Shown in pieces: positions 31,187 to 42,436 of a stretch of DNA of 64,000 nucleotides. The notes beneath the pieces were generated by a model. It made no database searches. It was not told the origin of the DNA and worked only from the letters and a program-made list of their open reading frames with translations. Location: positions 223,330 through 287,329 of the forward strand of contig VRVR01000010.1 of assembly GCA_009859145.1 (NCBI GenBank), written 5' to 3'. The stretch is from Andalucia godoyi And28 (lineage: Eukaryota; Protista; Jakobida). A program made the position numbers and the translations under genes. Every line of letters starts with the position of its first letter. The stretch's first letter is position 1.

Positions 31187-32692
31187 ATGGATATCCGCCC
31201 TCGATTGGATACTTTTGGCCAAGAGGTAGAGCTTTCCTTTGGCCATTTTGCGGATGCAGCGGACTTTGATGGTCGTTCCGAACTGTACTCTCGTCCTTTT
31301 GACATCCACACATCTGCTCACTCTTCCGCACTTCCTATTCCATACGTATCCATCAGCGAGGAGCTCGCGCACGAGAGCGAAGATTACGACGCGAACTACC
31401 CCTCCTACCACTCATCTTCTGTTCACCGAGGCTCCACTCGATCTGCTTCGCCACTCCGAGATGAAGCCTCAAACTCGTCAGAGTCATCCGGAAATAGCAT
31501 GCCGTCCTCCTCCGCCTCTCACTCCAGGCTTTTTATGTCTGTCAGCGCAAGAGATGACACGGCAGCGGCAGTACACCGCTCTCGTCCTGTTTCGGGGATG
31601 GAGTTACCGTCGTCATCCTATTCAGTATCTCCCAGGCAATCAGATCTGCTCTCGAGCGCGGGAGGCTCGCGGTCTCCTCTCTCCTCGGCATCGTCTGTTG
31701 TGCATTCTGGAAGATCCATGTCTGTCGTCCCCCAGGATCTGTATGTGTCCTCCAAGTCGATGAGAAAACCGCCTCCCGTGCTGGAGAACTGGGAACTCAG
31801 CGACAGATTTTGCATCACACATCCTCAGCATCCATTTGAGCTCTGTTCTGCTTTCGGCTTTGGCATTGCTCCTGCTCCAGTCGATATTTTCGTCGGGCAC
31901 CGTTGGAAGCGCGGGAATACTATATCGGACATTCCGTCAGGATTTGGCAAGCTTCGTGTTTCCTCCTTTGTATTCTGGATCAACAATCGCGAGTTTCTGT
32001 CCAACAATGAAATTTCTCATGTTGCTGTATCTGCACATGGATGTTCTTCCGGGTCTCAGGATGTTTCGGACAAAGTTATCAAATCATGCAAGCTCAGCAC
32101 GGTAGAGCGAATTCCCGAAGTAGTACTCTGCGACATCAACTGGAAGACCTGCGAGAAGGATTTTGCCTTGTGTCTCAACCTTGTTTTCCGGGATACGAAT
32201 GCTCCGGGAAGCTGGAATACGCTGTCTTTTCGCTCTCGCCCCGGAATCAAGTTCTCCATTTCGGCGGTTGTTGCGGATACGGTGTACTCTCCTCGCCGGA
32301 CACCCGTGATTCCTGCTTCTCCCTCCAAGCGCATTGAGGCGCCTGTCAACGTGGAAGAGCCCTGCATTCTAAACAAGAAATTCCGCCGCTTCACAATTGA
32401 GGGAAATGGCGGAGGAGCCAGTTCGATAGTCTCTCACCTTGCGGATTCGTCCTCTCTCCCTGTTTCTCATATTCTATCTGGCGCGACCAACTTTGGAACT
32501 CCGAACCGTGAAGATCTTCTCAATCGTACGGATGGATCACTGACTGACCAGTCATTTGGCACTGCGATCAGTGAATCTGAAGTTCCTGATACTTTCTCTC
32601 ATTTGTACGAGCATGACGACATGATTCAGATTTCGACAGATGCTCCGGAGCCGGTTCATCAAGATGCGCAATTGTCTCCGCCGTATGCATAA
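31187..32692 (+). CDS. Hypothetical protein: Ser-rich disordered N-terminus, central ~160-aa beta-rich domain
   Basis: Long ORF with ATG at 31187; ordered block WELSDRFCITHP...PGIKFSISA flanked by low complexity. Confidence 0.75.
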   Translation: MDIRPRLDTFGQEVELSFGHFADAADFDGRSELYSRPFDIHTSAHSSALPIPYVSISEELAHESEDYDANYPSYHSSSVHRGSTRSASPLRDEASNSSESSGNSMPSSSASHSRLFMSVSARDDTAAAVHRSRPVSGMELPSSSYSVSPRQSDLLSSAGGSRSPLSSASSVVHSGRSMSVVPQDLYVSSKSMRKPPPVLENWELSDRFCITHPQHPFELCSAFGFGIAPAPVDIFVGHRWKRGNTISDIPSGFGKLRVSSFVFWINNREFLSNNEISHVAVSAHGCSSGSQDVSDKVIKSCKLSTVERIPEVVLCDINWKTCEKDFALCLNLVFRDTNAPGSWNTLSFRSRPGIKFSISAVVADTVYSPRRTPVIPASPSKRIEAPVNVEEPCILNKKFRRFTIEGNGGGASSIVSHLADSSSLPVSHILSGATNFGTPNREDLLNRTDGSLTDQSFGTAISESEVPDTFSHLYEHDDMIQISTDAPEPVHQDAQLSPPYA

Positions 32693-32937
32693 CATTTTTA
32701 ATTATCCTCCTTTTTCTTTTTTGCAATCGAGCGCTCGATTTGCGTGTACATAAAGTGTGATTGTGAACGTCTGGCAAATATGCGCACGAAATCGTGCCTT
32801 CATGTGCAATACCGATTCACCAAAGGTGAGGCCCAGGAAAAACTCATTTCCCCACAAAGCAAATCATGTGTTGAATAGGACGATATATATACATATATAT
32901 ATTTCGGATAGACACAGGGACGCCTGCAGCGGCGGTT

Positions 32938-33687
32938 TCAGGCGAGATGCTCACTCATCTGGTCGTTGAACTGAGAATAAGGTCCAGATTTTGGTTTCTG
33001 CCCAACCAAACGAAGCCTTTTTGCTCCTTGCAAAAACAGCAGACCACACGCAAACGAAAACAGAATGACAATAATGAAGCCATACAATGCGAACCCGTAG
33101 GCTAGAGAGACAGAACCATTGGAAGAGTATGTCGTGGAGATCGGACGGAAATTCTCCAAAAAGGTTTTGAAGTCGTCCACGGATGGTTTCAAGGAGTACC
33201 ATGTAATGACAATCCCCAGACTGAAGAGTCCAACAACGATCGAAAGAGCTCCGCCCATCAAGGCAAAAGAAGACGCCTTGTACGCGTCGACATGATATGA
33301 CCCAACCAGCCCGCAAAGACAGACAAGCGCGGAAACAACGACGACACTCGACGCAAACCCACTGGTCGCGGCGGCTGCAGCCACGATTTTGTCAATGAAG
33401 GTCCTGCCACCGGAAGACGACACATCCACCTTGCTTTCTGCTTGAATGACAGGAAAGCTGAACAATGTCGGTGTCATGTACGCATCTGTCGAAGCATCGG
33501 CAGGGACCGACGATGCGATCTGCAGAATGACACCCTGCAAAACCGGACTGACTTTGATGTAGTCTTTGTGCGTGCCATACGTGTACTCGTAAGAAAACAC
33601 AGCCCAGGACTCGGAAGCCAATGTGCCATAAAGTACGCAAGTTGTGGCAATTGTTATTAGATATGTTATGAATACTAGCTTGTTCAT
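32938..33687 (-). CDS. Claudin/PMP22-like four-TM membrane protein
   Basis: TM1 followed by W in the loop (LASESWAVF), large first loop, TM2-TM3, then a Y-G-F-A-L motif (SLAYGFAL) before TM4. Confidence 0.6.
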   Translation of the reverse strand: MNKLVFITYLITIATTCVLYGTLASESWAVFSYEYTYGTHKDYIKVSPVLQGVILQIASSVPADASTDAYMTPTLFSFPVIQAESKVDVSSSGGRTFIDKIVAAAAATSGFASSVVVVSALVCLCGLVGSYHVDAYKASSFALMGGALSIVVGLFSLGIVITWYSLKPSVDDFKTFLENFRPISTTYSSNGSVSLAYGFALYGFIIVILFSFACGLLFLQGAKRLRLVGQKPKSGPYSQFNDQMSEHLA

Positions 33688-33966
33688 GGTCAATAATCTG
33701 CTCTCTTTGTACAATGAAAACGGCGTCGCAAAACCACTTGACCCCCCGCAAAAACAAAACAACGATTAATAGATAGGTACCCGATAAAAACAAAATGCAA
33801 TCGAAAGATCGTAAGGAGATGCCTCGCAGGACCGTGGCCTCGGGAGCGCCGTCGAAGGAACGATTGCGGAAGTCCACAGCAAGCATCAACCGCAGATTTT
33901 TTGTTGTCGTCGCTTTTGTTTTGCTTCACCTTTCCGCTGCTCCGACAGCCTCTGCTTGGAGAACAA

Positions 33967-34028
33967 GTGAGCGTTTTCATTCACTCATTTATTAGTTAAT
34001 TAATTTTATTTTTGTTGTCTGACTGCAG
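33967..34028 (+). other. Probable 5'-UTR spliceosomal intron (62 nt)
   Basis: GTGAGC donor, CTGAC branch-like site at 34019, TGCAG acceptor. An in-frame TAG between the acceptor and ATG 34086 places it in the UTR. Confidence 0.5.
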
Positions 34029-34085
34029 TTTGCACCTTGCACGTTTGGATAGCATCTCCTCTGTTACGAACAATCGCGTGCAAGA

Positions 34086-34820
34086 ATGAAGTTCTTTTCT
34101 TTGGCGACGACCTTTCTGCTGGGACTGAGTTTTGTCTCTCCGTTTTATGCATTGTTCCAAAGGGAATGGGTCCAGTTGCAGTACACAAATAACGATCCTA
34201 TCATCCCAGATTATGTGCTTGGATACAGTGTCCGTCTCGACATTTCCATCGTGTCGCTTGGCACGTTTCAAGTGACTAAAGTTCTTCCTTCGTACGCGCA
34301 TCTTCCGAACCTGGTTGCACACTGCAGCTACTGCAAGGACCACAGTGCTATTTGCGCATCGTCCGAGGTTGGAGAAGTAGAATTGAACGGATCGTGGAAC
34401 GATAAGTTGGATTTCTTTACGCACTTGTCGGATGCGTGCATTGCAATCCTCGTGTTGCTTTCATTATCCAGTCTGAGTCTGTTTGCAGCGTTGAATATGT
34501 ACTTGAACGCAATGCTGTCCAGCGACCCAAAGGTTATCCGTTTCCGGTCCATTATCACAGCAGTCCTCAATTTGCTGGGATTTGTATTCAGCTTGGCAGC
34601 CGTCATCACTTTCGTGTGCACCATTCCTCATGAAGACAAGATGCGTTCCATCATTGGGAACCCTCCCAAAGATGGATCGTCGTATAATGTTCGCTACAGC
34701 ACAGGGTTTGCACTGCTACTTGCCTGCCTCATCATTTCTGGCCTTAATGTTGGCCTAATTTGGTGGACTGCTCGCTTAGAAGCATCTCGGAAGGGCCGAT
34801 CCTTGTCAAACATCGCGTAG
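34086..34820 (+). CDS. Claudin/PMP22-like four-TM membrane protein
   Basis: TM1, W in loop 1 (FQREW), Cys in the extracellular loop (HCSYC...C, AC before TM2), TM2-TM3, YSTGFAL before TM4. Confidence 0.65.
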   Translation: MKFFSLATTFLLGLSFVSPFYALFQREWVQLQYTNNDPIIPDYVLGYSVRLDISIVSLGTFQVTKVLPSYAHLPNLVAHCSYCKDHSAICASSEVGEVELNGSWNDKLDFFTHLSDACIAILVLLSLSSLSLFAALNMYLNAMLSSDPKVIRFRSIITAVLNLLGFVFSLAAVITFVCTIPHEDKMRSIIGNPPKDGSSYNVRYSTGFALLLACLIISGLNVGLIWWTARLEASRKGRSLSNIA

Positions 34821-34975
34821 TGGGTCCTGGGGAGGAAAAATCAGAGTATGCTACAGTCTGCATTCGAGCAGTGTTCTTTATTTAATTTTTAATCATCAGT
34901 TATTATTAATCAAGCCACGGACGTCAAACGCGCATTCCGCAAGCGGTTTCCACTGAATCTGCAATCGCATGCAAA

Positions 34976-36078
34976 CTATATCAGACGCGCCTTTCCTTTT
35001 CCAGGTCTCGTGGGTCTTGCAAACTTACTTGCGGAAGAGTGCGTCGGGTTAGCTGCTGCTTCCTTGTGATGCTCCGGATTGAAATCTGCAGCATCAGAAA
35101 TCTGTGCTCTGTGATGGATCGTGAGAGCACATTGGCTCGTCAGGTAGTCTGTAAACGACGGCTTGACGGTAGAATAAACCATTTTTTGGCGAACAAGAGC
35201 CTCATCCGGGCATGAATACACAAAGTAGTTGATGGAGTCGAGTCGAATAACATAGAACCGGGGCTCCATCGGATTGAACGACAGATCGGACCCAGATGTC
35301 AGTGCCAGATACTCTCCATCCGGAACCACCGTTTCCTTGTCCATGACGATTTTGAATGCCTGCTGGCCATTTCCAGCGGCTGCGCTGAACATTTGAACGG
35401 CCTCTGCCACGCCCTCATACTTGAATGACACTGCAGCACCAGAGCCAGCAGAGGCAGAGTTCTTAGCCTCCGATTCCGCCTTCAAAACTTGTTCTTTCAA
35501 CCGATCATGATCAGATGCGGCATGCGCACGATGGTTGAAGTCCTCCGCACTGCCCTCTGCTGACGTAAACGCACTGCAAACATCGAATTCGCTGAGGTCT
35601 TCCGGACAATTGAAAGTCGCATACTTGATACGAAACGTCGAAGAAAGCATATTGGTCACCTCCTTCTTGAAGTCCACACAGGATGAAGCATATGCCATAC
35701 GCTTCTTTACAGGCGCATGGTCACCGACATATGCGACAAGAATGATAACCGACAGTTCGCGACTCCGCGCAATTGCAAAGAAGCAGTCCTCTGAGCACGC
35801 AGCAGCACGCAGAGTGTCGTTCGAAGCACTTCCGTATTCAGAGTGCAAACACAACTCGGGTGATTCGGCAGATAAGTCCAGCGACACAATCAACATATCC
35901 TTGCAGGAGTCCGAAGACGGTAAGCCTGCAACAATAGTTCGGAGATGCGACGACACTATACAGCATTCGTGCACGTAAGAATTTCTACTTTTTTGTGACC
36001 CCCCCAAAAAAAGAAAAAAAAAGGCTTGGTCAATATACAAAAAGGGTACATACAAGGGATATTAGATGAATGCGCCAT
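34976..36078 (-). CDS. TWF1: Twinfilin (two ADF-H domains); exons 36078-36054 and 35955-34976
   Basis: APVKKRMAYASS and YSCPD.ALVRQKMVYSTVK ADF-H motifs; capping-protein-binding tail FARPTRPGKG. Splicing the GTATGT...ATAG intron gives the N-terminus MAHSSNIPLS, matching twinfilin MSH.TGI.A. Confidence 0.9.
35956..36053 (-). other. Spliceosomal intron (98 nt, phase 1) in twinfilin
   Basis: GTATGT donor, T-rich body, TAG acceptor; removal restores the reading frame. Confidence 0.85.
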
Positions 36079-36327
36079 CGTGAAAAGGCAATTGCTGGGA
36101 ATCTTCTGTGAAAAAGAGCAATGGGAAACACCCAACAGAAAAAAAAAAAAAGCGCTATGAGAAGAATAATACAAACACAAGGTTGTTTAGCATGACCACG
36201 TGACCACGAATGAACGAAAAGTCGAAAACCTTTTTTCAGTCCGTCTGACAAAGTCGTGTTTTCCGTAGTGGCCAGAAGCAATGGCTGAGAGGATGATCCT
36301 CTTTTGGTGGTTCAGTAGCTGTGATTC

Positions 36328-38489
36328 TCAGCTATCCGGCTTCTGGCTGTCCTGTGCATAGAACCTCGGAGCAGCCGCTACCAGCCAAGATTGATCTACC
36401 TGAGAAACAGTCCGTAAATATTTCTTCGACGTCAACACAAGCTCGCCGTAAATCAGGCATGTTGGGCGGCGCCTTTCTTGTTCCTGCTCTGCCTTTTGTT
36501 CGCGGCTTGTCTTGCGATATCGAGTCCGTTTGGCAATGTTTACGAGACGCTGGGCGACGACAGACGATGGGTGGATCTTGACTTCGACGTGATCGACAAG
36601 AGTTCTATACGTCGTCCCATCCGCAACATCATCCATTCGAATGGCGGCATTCAAGAAGAATCCGCACGACAGAGCTTTCAAAATAGTTTCTCTGTTGTGC
36701 TGGCATGAAGCCAGTGGAAGGGACATACGAGTGCACATGTCCCGAAGCTGCTTTCTGACATCTGATGCCCGTTTCAGAGCGCGCGAATTCACAAAATGTG
36801 CCGAGCACCAAGCGTCACTTTCATCGGATGACCTCCATTCTCTGAAAACGTTCAGGAGAGTCAAGTGGTCACCTGTGGAATCCGCAAGTCCAGCACGGGC
36901 TTCTTCTGCTTCCTCCCGCTTGTCGAGTGGACTGAAAAACACGTTCTCCACCGACATCATAGCCACAATGGTCAGCATCTCCTCCAGACAACCATGCTCC
37001 ACCGAGGCCAGCAAACACTTTGCAGGCATAGGGTCAAGGGGAAGCGTGGCCATCTGCTTGCCAAGCCGGGTCAGACACCCATTGTCGTCCAAAGCTTCAA
37101 GAGTGTACAGATTCTCAAGACCACGGATCAGCGTCTGACGAGGCGGAGGATCCATGAAATCAAGCGACAGAACGTCGTCAATCCCGATTGACTTCAACTG
37201 GAGAATGACATGCGAAAGATTGCAGCGCTTGATTTCGGGAATGGTCTCTGCAGACATGTCTGAAAAATACGCCTCTTCCGTGAAAAGCCTGTAGCACTTT
37301 CCCAACGCCTCTCGACCTGCGCGTCCCATCCGTTGGCGAGCTGCCGCCCGAGATATTGGCACAGTGAGCAACGTATCCAACCCTGTGCGGGCAAAATATG
37401 TGCGAGCCTTGACAAATCCCGAGTCCACGACGTATCGAACGCCAGTAATCGTAACCGATGTCTCAGCAATGTTTGTCGCAATAATGACTTTCCGATAGCC
37501 GGGTGCTACCGGCGCAAACACACGCATCTGTAATTCGGAAGGAAGCGCTGCATACAGTGCACATGGGACAATCTTCAGCCGAGCAGCATGGGTTTCCAGC
37601 AGCCTCTGCAGAGCCTCAATGTCCTCTTGTCCAGGCATAAAAACCAGAATGTCTCCCTCCGTTTCATCGCGATGAATTTGCAACACGGTGGTAAACGCAG
37701 CATCAACAAAGTCTGTTACAGACTCCGCAGTATAGAACAACTGAACGGGAAACTGTCGGCCTTCGATGTACGCAACAGAGGCGCCTTGAAAGAAACTCTC
37801 AAAGCGGTCCGCTTGCAATGTTGCAGACATGACAATGACTCTCAGTTCCGGGTTCATGCGAAGCGCTTGCTTTGTCAAAGCAAATAGCACATCCGTGTGG
37901 AGCGACCTTTCGTGAGCTTCATCCAAAACCAGAAAATCATAAGACGAGAGCTTTGGATCATCGATGAGCTCTCGCAACAACACACCGTCCGTAACAAACC
38001 GAATCCGCGTCTTCTCTGAGGTCTTATCTTCGAATCGAATGGAATACCCGACGATGTCACCCACTACAGACCCCACTTCCTGTGCAACACGGGATGCCAA
38101 GGACATTGCCGCAACTCGTCGGGGTTGCGTGATCACAATACGGTTCTTCGATGGTTTCTTGTGACTGTCGCGTTTGCATGGAGCTTCGTATAAAAACTGA
38201 GGAAGCTGAGTTGATTTTCCGCAACCAGTTTCCCCAATCACCAGCGTCACACGATGCGGCGCAGTCTGTACCATCTCAACGAGCTTACGTTGCACTACGT
38301 TTCAAAAAAGGAAGCAAAGGACGGCTTTTTAGCAATTCGGTTTTTTTTTCTTCTTCTTTTCTTTTCACGCAATCTTCCTGTTTCTTGTGCAGTTTTCTTG
38401 ATCAAGTGAAAATAGGAAATGGAATATGGAGACGTACCGTGCCAAATAGGAAGATTCTTCCTCTGATCTTGCAGCTCGGCATGATTCAT
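36328..38489 (-). CDS. DEAH-box RNA helicase, DHX33/Dhr2-like; exons 38489-38438 and 38294-36328
   Basis: GETGCGKST, TQPRRVAA, LDEAHER, MSAT, IATNIAETSVT, QRMGRAGR; HA2 and OB-fold C-terminus. Exon 1 supplies the conserved L..QRKNLPIW. Confidence 0.93.
38295..38437 (-). other. Spliceosomal intron (143 nt, phase 1) in the DEAH helicase
   Basis: GTACGT donor and GTAG acceptor; the join gives CAC G|TG CAA (H-V-Q) in frame. Confidence 0.85.
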
Positions 38490-38936
38490 TTTCTTCTTCT
38501 TCCCAGTCCGGATAGACCAAACAACGACAACGACAGAGTACGTGCTTCAATTCGGCAATGCCGATAAAACAGTTTCGCTGTTGAATTTCGCACAATCGTC
38601 CAACACGAAGAAACCAAAAAAAAGAAGAAGGACGGGCCTTTTTTACATTTACGTACGACAAGCACTGGCGCACTGCATTTCTGCCTCTCCGTGCCGACGA
38701 CGACGATCGACTAGCGATTAGCGATTAATCTTCGCTGATGTCATCAAGCGACGAGGGGGAAAACCCTGTCATGGGGGATCGCAGCCATGCCATTTCCATT
38801 GGAGAACAATGAAAGAGGGATTACAACTCGAAATGCTAGGTGCACTACGAATCTGGATTCCACTCACTCCCTTGGCTGCTTCATAGACTGGGCGAGAGGC
38901 AGCAAGCCTCCTCAAGACATCACAAGCCAGCCTTTA

Positions 38937-40139
38937 TCAAGGGCCAAATGTGCGCAAGAAGAGATCTTGAGAAACCTCCAATTCTGACCGAATGATGCGA
39001 AAGACGGTTTCCTGATAGGCGTTCTCAACATCTGCAAACGTAAAGAGCATATGCTTACGAATGCAAATCCGAGCATCGTCCAATGAGAAGTGAAGACTCG
39101 AAGCAAGAGCTCTGCGAATTAGATATTGGGCCATTGACTCGACGGAGGGAAGGGCCAGTTTGATGTGGAACCCAAGTCGCCCAGGCCGCAGCACCGCTTC
39201 GTCCAGGGCAGAAATATCAGAACTCGTCGCAAGCACTGTGACTCCAGAAGCTGCAGAAGATACGCCCATCCCATCAAGTTCAGTAAGCAGCGAAGTGAGG
39301 ACTTGGTCAGAAGCCGATGCTCCAGATCCACCAGTTCTTTTTAACGCAAAGACGTCGATGGAGTCAAACACCAGTACACAAGGAGCACGTGACCGGGCTC
39401 TTGAAAACAAGTCCGAAATGTTCTTTTCCGTCCCACCCACAATCCGCGATACGACGTCCGCAGCAGTGGCGTAAACAACAGGCCGCTTCATCATACGCGC
39501 GATGTGCTTGCACAGAAACGTCTTTCCACTACCCGACGGTCCGTAGATCACAGCGCCAGAGATATCGGCAACAGCAAACGTGCGCAAGATTTCCTCTCTG
39601 TCGACACAGATGCTTTCAGACGGAAAATGCCCTTCGGCGCTCGCATTGCCGTCAGGCATTACTTTGTGAGACATCCGGCGTTGTGGAACAAGCATCAGAG
39701 AATCCGGGTTAGGAAGTTGTTCATAAGTATACAACGCCGGTGAAAACACAAGTTCCATTCGGCCCAACAAGAGAGACGTGCAACAGAGAACAAGAAATCG
39801 GACGCCCAGCAAATCCATGTTTTCTGCAATACGCAGCATCTCTGAAACGAGAGCGTCTTCCATGTCGTTTTGCTGATGATTTTCCGGCTTATTCACGAGC
39901 AGCACGTCAAAATCGTCGCAAATCACAGCAAGCTGTCTTAAAGGATCGGGAGACGGGACAACGCTCACCAGTTTCCGAAGATTGCGGACTGATTCATGAA
40001 TAGAGGAACACAGAAGACTTGTCGCATGGATCCAGCATTTCGGACCTACATGGTCGTTGAACAGCTTTCGAGCAACCAGCGTCTTTCCGCTGCCGCTGGG
40101 CCCAACAAGAATCTTGACACGCGGGTCCGCATGTGGCAT
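38937..40139 (-). CDS. Divergent two-domain AAA+ ATPase (Cdc48/Afg2/Pex1-related) lacking an N-domain
   Basis: Two GPSGSGKT Walker A motifs; second domain with FSRARSRAPCVLVFD, LLTELDG and DEAVLRPGRL (second region of homology). Confidence 0.8.
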   Translation of the reverse strand: MPHADPRVKILVGPSGSGKTLVARKLFNDHVGPKCWIHATSLLCSSIHESVRNLRKLVSVVPSPDPLRQLAVICDDFDVLLVNKPENHQQNDMEDALVSEMLRIAENMDLLGVRFLVLCCTSLLLGRMELVFSPALYTYEQLPNPDSLMLVPQRRMSHKVMPDGNASAEGHFPSESICVDREEILRTFAVADISGAVIYGPSGSGKTFLCKHIARMMKRPVVYATAADVVSRIVGGTEKNISDLFSRARSRAPCVLVFDSIDVFALKRTGGSGASASDQVLTSLLTELDGMGVSSAASGVTVLATSSDISALDEAVLRPGRLGFHIKLALPSVESMAQYLIRRALASSLHFSLDDARICIRKHMLFTFADVENAYQETVFRIIRSELEVSQDLFLRTFGP

Positions 40140-40203
40140 TCGATGTGAATTCTATTTTTTAAGAATAACGGCAGTGAATGGACCAAAAAAAAATCATTCA
40201 AAA

Positions 40204-40252
40204 ACAACAGCGACAACAACAGCGACAACAACAACAACAACGACAACAACAA
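40204..40252. repeat. Imperfect (AAC)n microsatellite
   Basis: AAC/GAC/AGC triplet run in the spacer. Confidence 0.8.
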
Positions 40253-40929
40253 CGAGGTCTTGTGGTTTGTGGATTGGGAAGCATGTCAAATCGTGTCTTT
40301 TTTAAATTGTATTTATTAAACTATTTTTCTTCCTTCGTTTTTCTTTCTGGGGCTTTTTTCCTCCAAGGAGGATTCTATCGTAGTGGATCGCTTCTGACTT
40401 TTGAGTTTTTGAGGTAGGGCGACGTTTCGGAACGAGGAAACGGGGAGTTTGGGACAGTAGCTAAACGTACGATTGGGATGCGGGCTGTTGCTCATCTTGT
40501 CCATCAATCAACCAATCCCCGTTTGCCTTTCATTTTCGCGCTTCAACGATCCGTTCAAAAAAAAAAAAAAAGTGGCAGAATCCCAGGAATTCCCCCTCGT
40601 GTTTTCCAAATGTGAAATTTTTCTTTCAGGCCGATTTTCCCCTTTTGTTTTGCCGCGTCACACAATTTCACAACTCTTTTTGAAAATCCCTCATAACAAA
40701 AAAGAAATTATATAGAAGCGCACTGCTCTCTCTTACGTGAGAGCTCTTTTCCACATTTCTCTGTTGTTTTTTCTCCTTTTCTTTTTCTCTTTCTTTTTCT
40801 TTTCCGTTTTTCTTTTTCTTTTTTGTTTTCTTTCCCCTCCTCTCCTTCTCTTCTCTTTTCCCCAGTTTTGCTTGTCTGGTTCTTTCGTGTGTCAAATATC
40901 GACTGCATCTCGCCATTTAAAAAAAAAAT

Positions 40930-41694
40930 ATGTCAAAGATGGACTCTCCAGCCGCGAATATCCAGCCGTCGACGGCCCGTCTTCGACCACCTGCAAAGCT
41001 GAGGCCGAAGCATTCTCGCACAAAGCTGCATGCAGTCCGAGTCACGTCGTCGGTACGATGCAGTCGTCTTCCAAAACCTGCTTCAAACCATCGGTTGTCA
41101 CCTCCCTTTGAAAATCCGATTCCGGTGTGCGTCGCATCTGCAGCACCGACCACGAACAATTCCTCGGCAAACTCGAGTGTTGTATCTTCCTCTGCGACCA
41201 GTGCGCAAACACGTAGAACCTCGTTTTTGGAAAAGGTGTCTGCGCAAATTGCAAAATTGGATCTGTGTGCGAATCCATCGGAACGGACGGTGCCGCAGCA
41301 CTCCGATGTGCTCAGTGTTTCGTCGGACAGGATGAGGGTTCGGAGGAGGAGAAGGAGTGGCGTTGATGTGCCTCAGCTGAATAAGAAGGTTGTTCGGGAT
41401 CTGGAATGCCAAGTGTCGTCGTTTCTTGAAAAGGAATACCCTCGATCGAGGAATTCGCTGTTTGAGGTCTCGGAATCGGAAATGAGAAAGAAAATGACAA
41501 GTTTTGGCGAGACGGAGGATGAAGCGCAAGTACCAGAAGCCGTGCGGTTGGTGATCCCCTGTGTGCCTTGTGCTGAAGCGAATGGGTGTTCCGTGCGCCA
41601 TCGGAGTTTTGCGCCCCTCCTATTCAGTGGGCTCGTATGTGTGCCGTTGCCGTTCTTCTGCATCGCCGTTTGCGTGCGAGTCAACAAGAGATAG
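40930..41694 (+). CDS. Hypothetical Ser/Arg-rich protein (possibly exon 1 of a gene continuing at 41723-42175)
   Basis: ATG-started 254-aa ORF; a GTATGT donor-like site at 41635 lies before the stop. Confidence 0.45.
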   Translation: MSKMDSPAANIQPSTARLRPPAKLRPKHSRTKLHAVRVTSSVRCSRLPKPASNHRLSPPFENPIPVCVASAAPTTNNSSANSSVVSSSATSAQTRRTSFLEKVSAQIAKLDLCANPSERTVPQHSDVLSVSSDRMRVRRRRRSGVDVPQLNKKVVRDLECQVSSFLEKEYPRSRNSLFEVSESEMRKKMTSFGETEDEAQVPEAVRLVIPCVPCAEANGCSVRHRSFAPLLFSGLVCVPLPFFCIAVCVRVNKR

Positions 41695-41722
41695 CACTGT
41701 GTATAAGCGACACCCATGCTGG

Positions 41723-42175
41723 ATGCATGAACGAATGGTGCTCGCAATTGCACTGGATCCTGCTGCTTCTCCTGATGATGCAACTTTGGAAGAGCTGTTG
41801 AAGTTGGACGAGAATCGCGAGGATGTGTTGTTCGTGGATCTTGCCATGGGACTTCAGCTCCAGATTGCACGCCCTTCTCACGCATATTCCTTGTGGCAAC
41901 GATCGGTCAGCAGCGTATTTGTGGGAACTGCTCGTGAGCTTGCTCAGCTGCTTTCTCAGGCTTCCGACATGGCTGCTCACTCCTTCAGCATGCAGGATAT
42001 GGATATGCCTCCCTGGAGACTCGCAAATTACCTCTGGAATTCGTATCGCAACATGACCCTTGTGAAACTCGAAAATTCGACAGAATCAGCTTCTGCTGGC
42101 GGCGCCGTCCGAAAATCATGTTTTCAGTATTTATATTCATGGGCCGAGCAATGGTCATTTCCTCAGCGGTCCTAA
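41723..42175 (+). CDS. Hypothetical helical protein or downstream exon
   Basis: Natural-looking ordered sequence (DDATLEELLKLDENREDVLFVDL...PPWRLANYLW); the frame overlaps the previous ORF. Confidence 0.5.
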   Translation: MHERMVLAIALDPAASPDDATLEELLKLDENREDVLFVDLAMGLQLQIARPSHAYSLWQRSVSSVFVGTARELAQLLSQASDMAAHSFSMQDMDMPPWRLANYLWNSYRNMTLVKLENSTESASAGGAVRKSCFQYLYSWAEQWSFPQRS

Positions 42176-42436
42176 GTTGCCGTCGAATTCTTCTCTGTAT
42201 GCGGATTATGTGTGTGGGGTCACCGTGGGACCGGACTCGGAGATGCACCCCAAAATTTCAAAATATTGGAGAGGGTGCATTTTGTTTTTTCTTCCGTGCC
42301 TCCTTCTGTTTCATTTGAATGTATTGAACCCGATGTGTTTTTTATTTTAATTGTAATCATAATAATAATTGTTATTTAATTTTTTAATTTTTTAATTTTT
42401 TTTACTTGATCGTTTCATTGCCGAAGCTTCTCGTGG

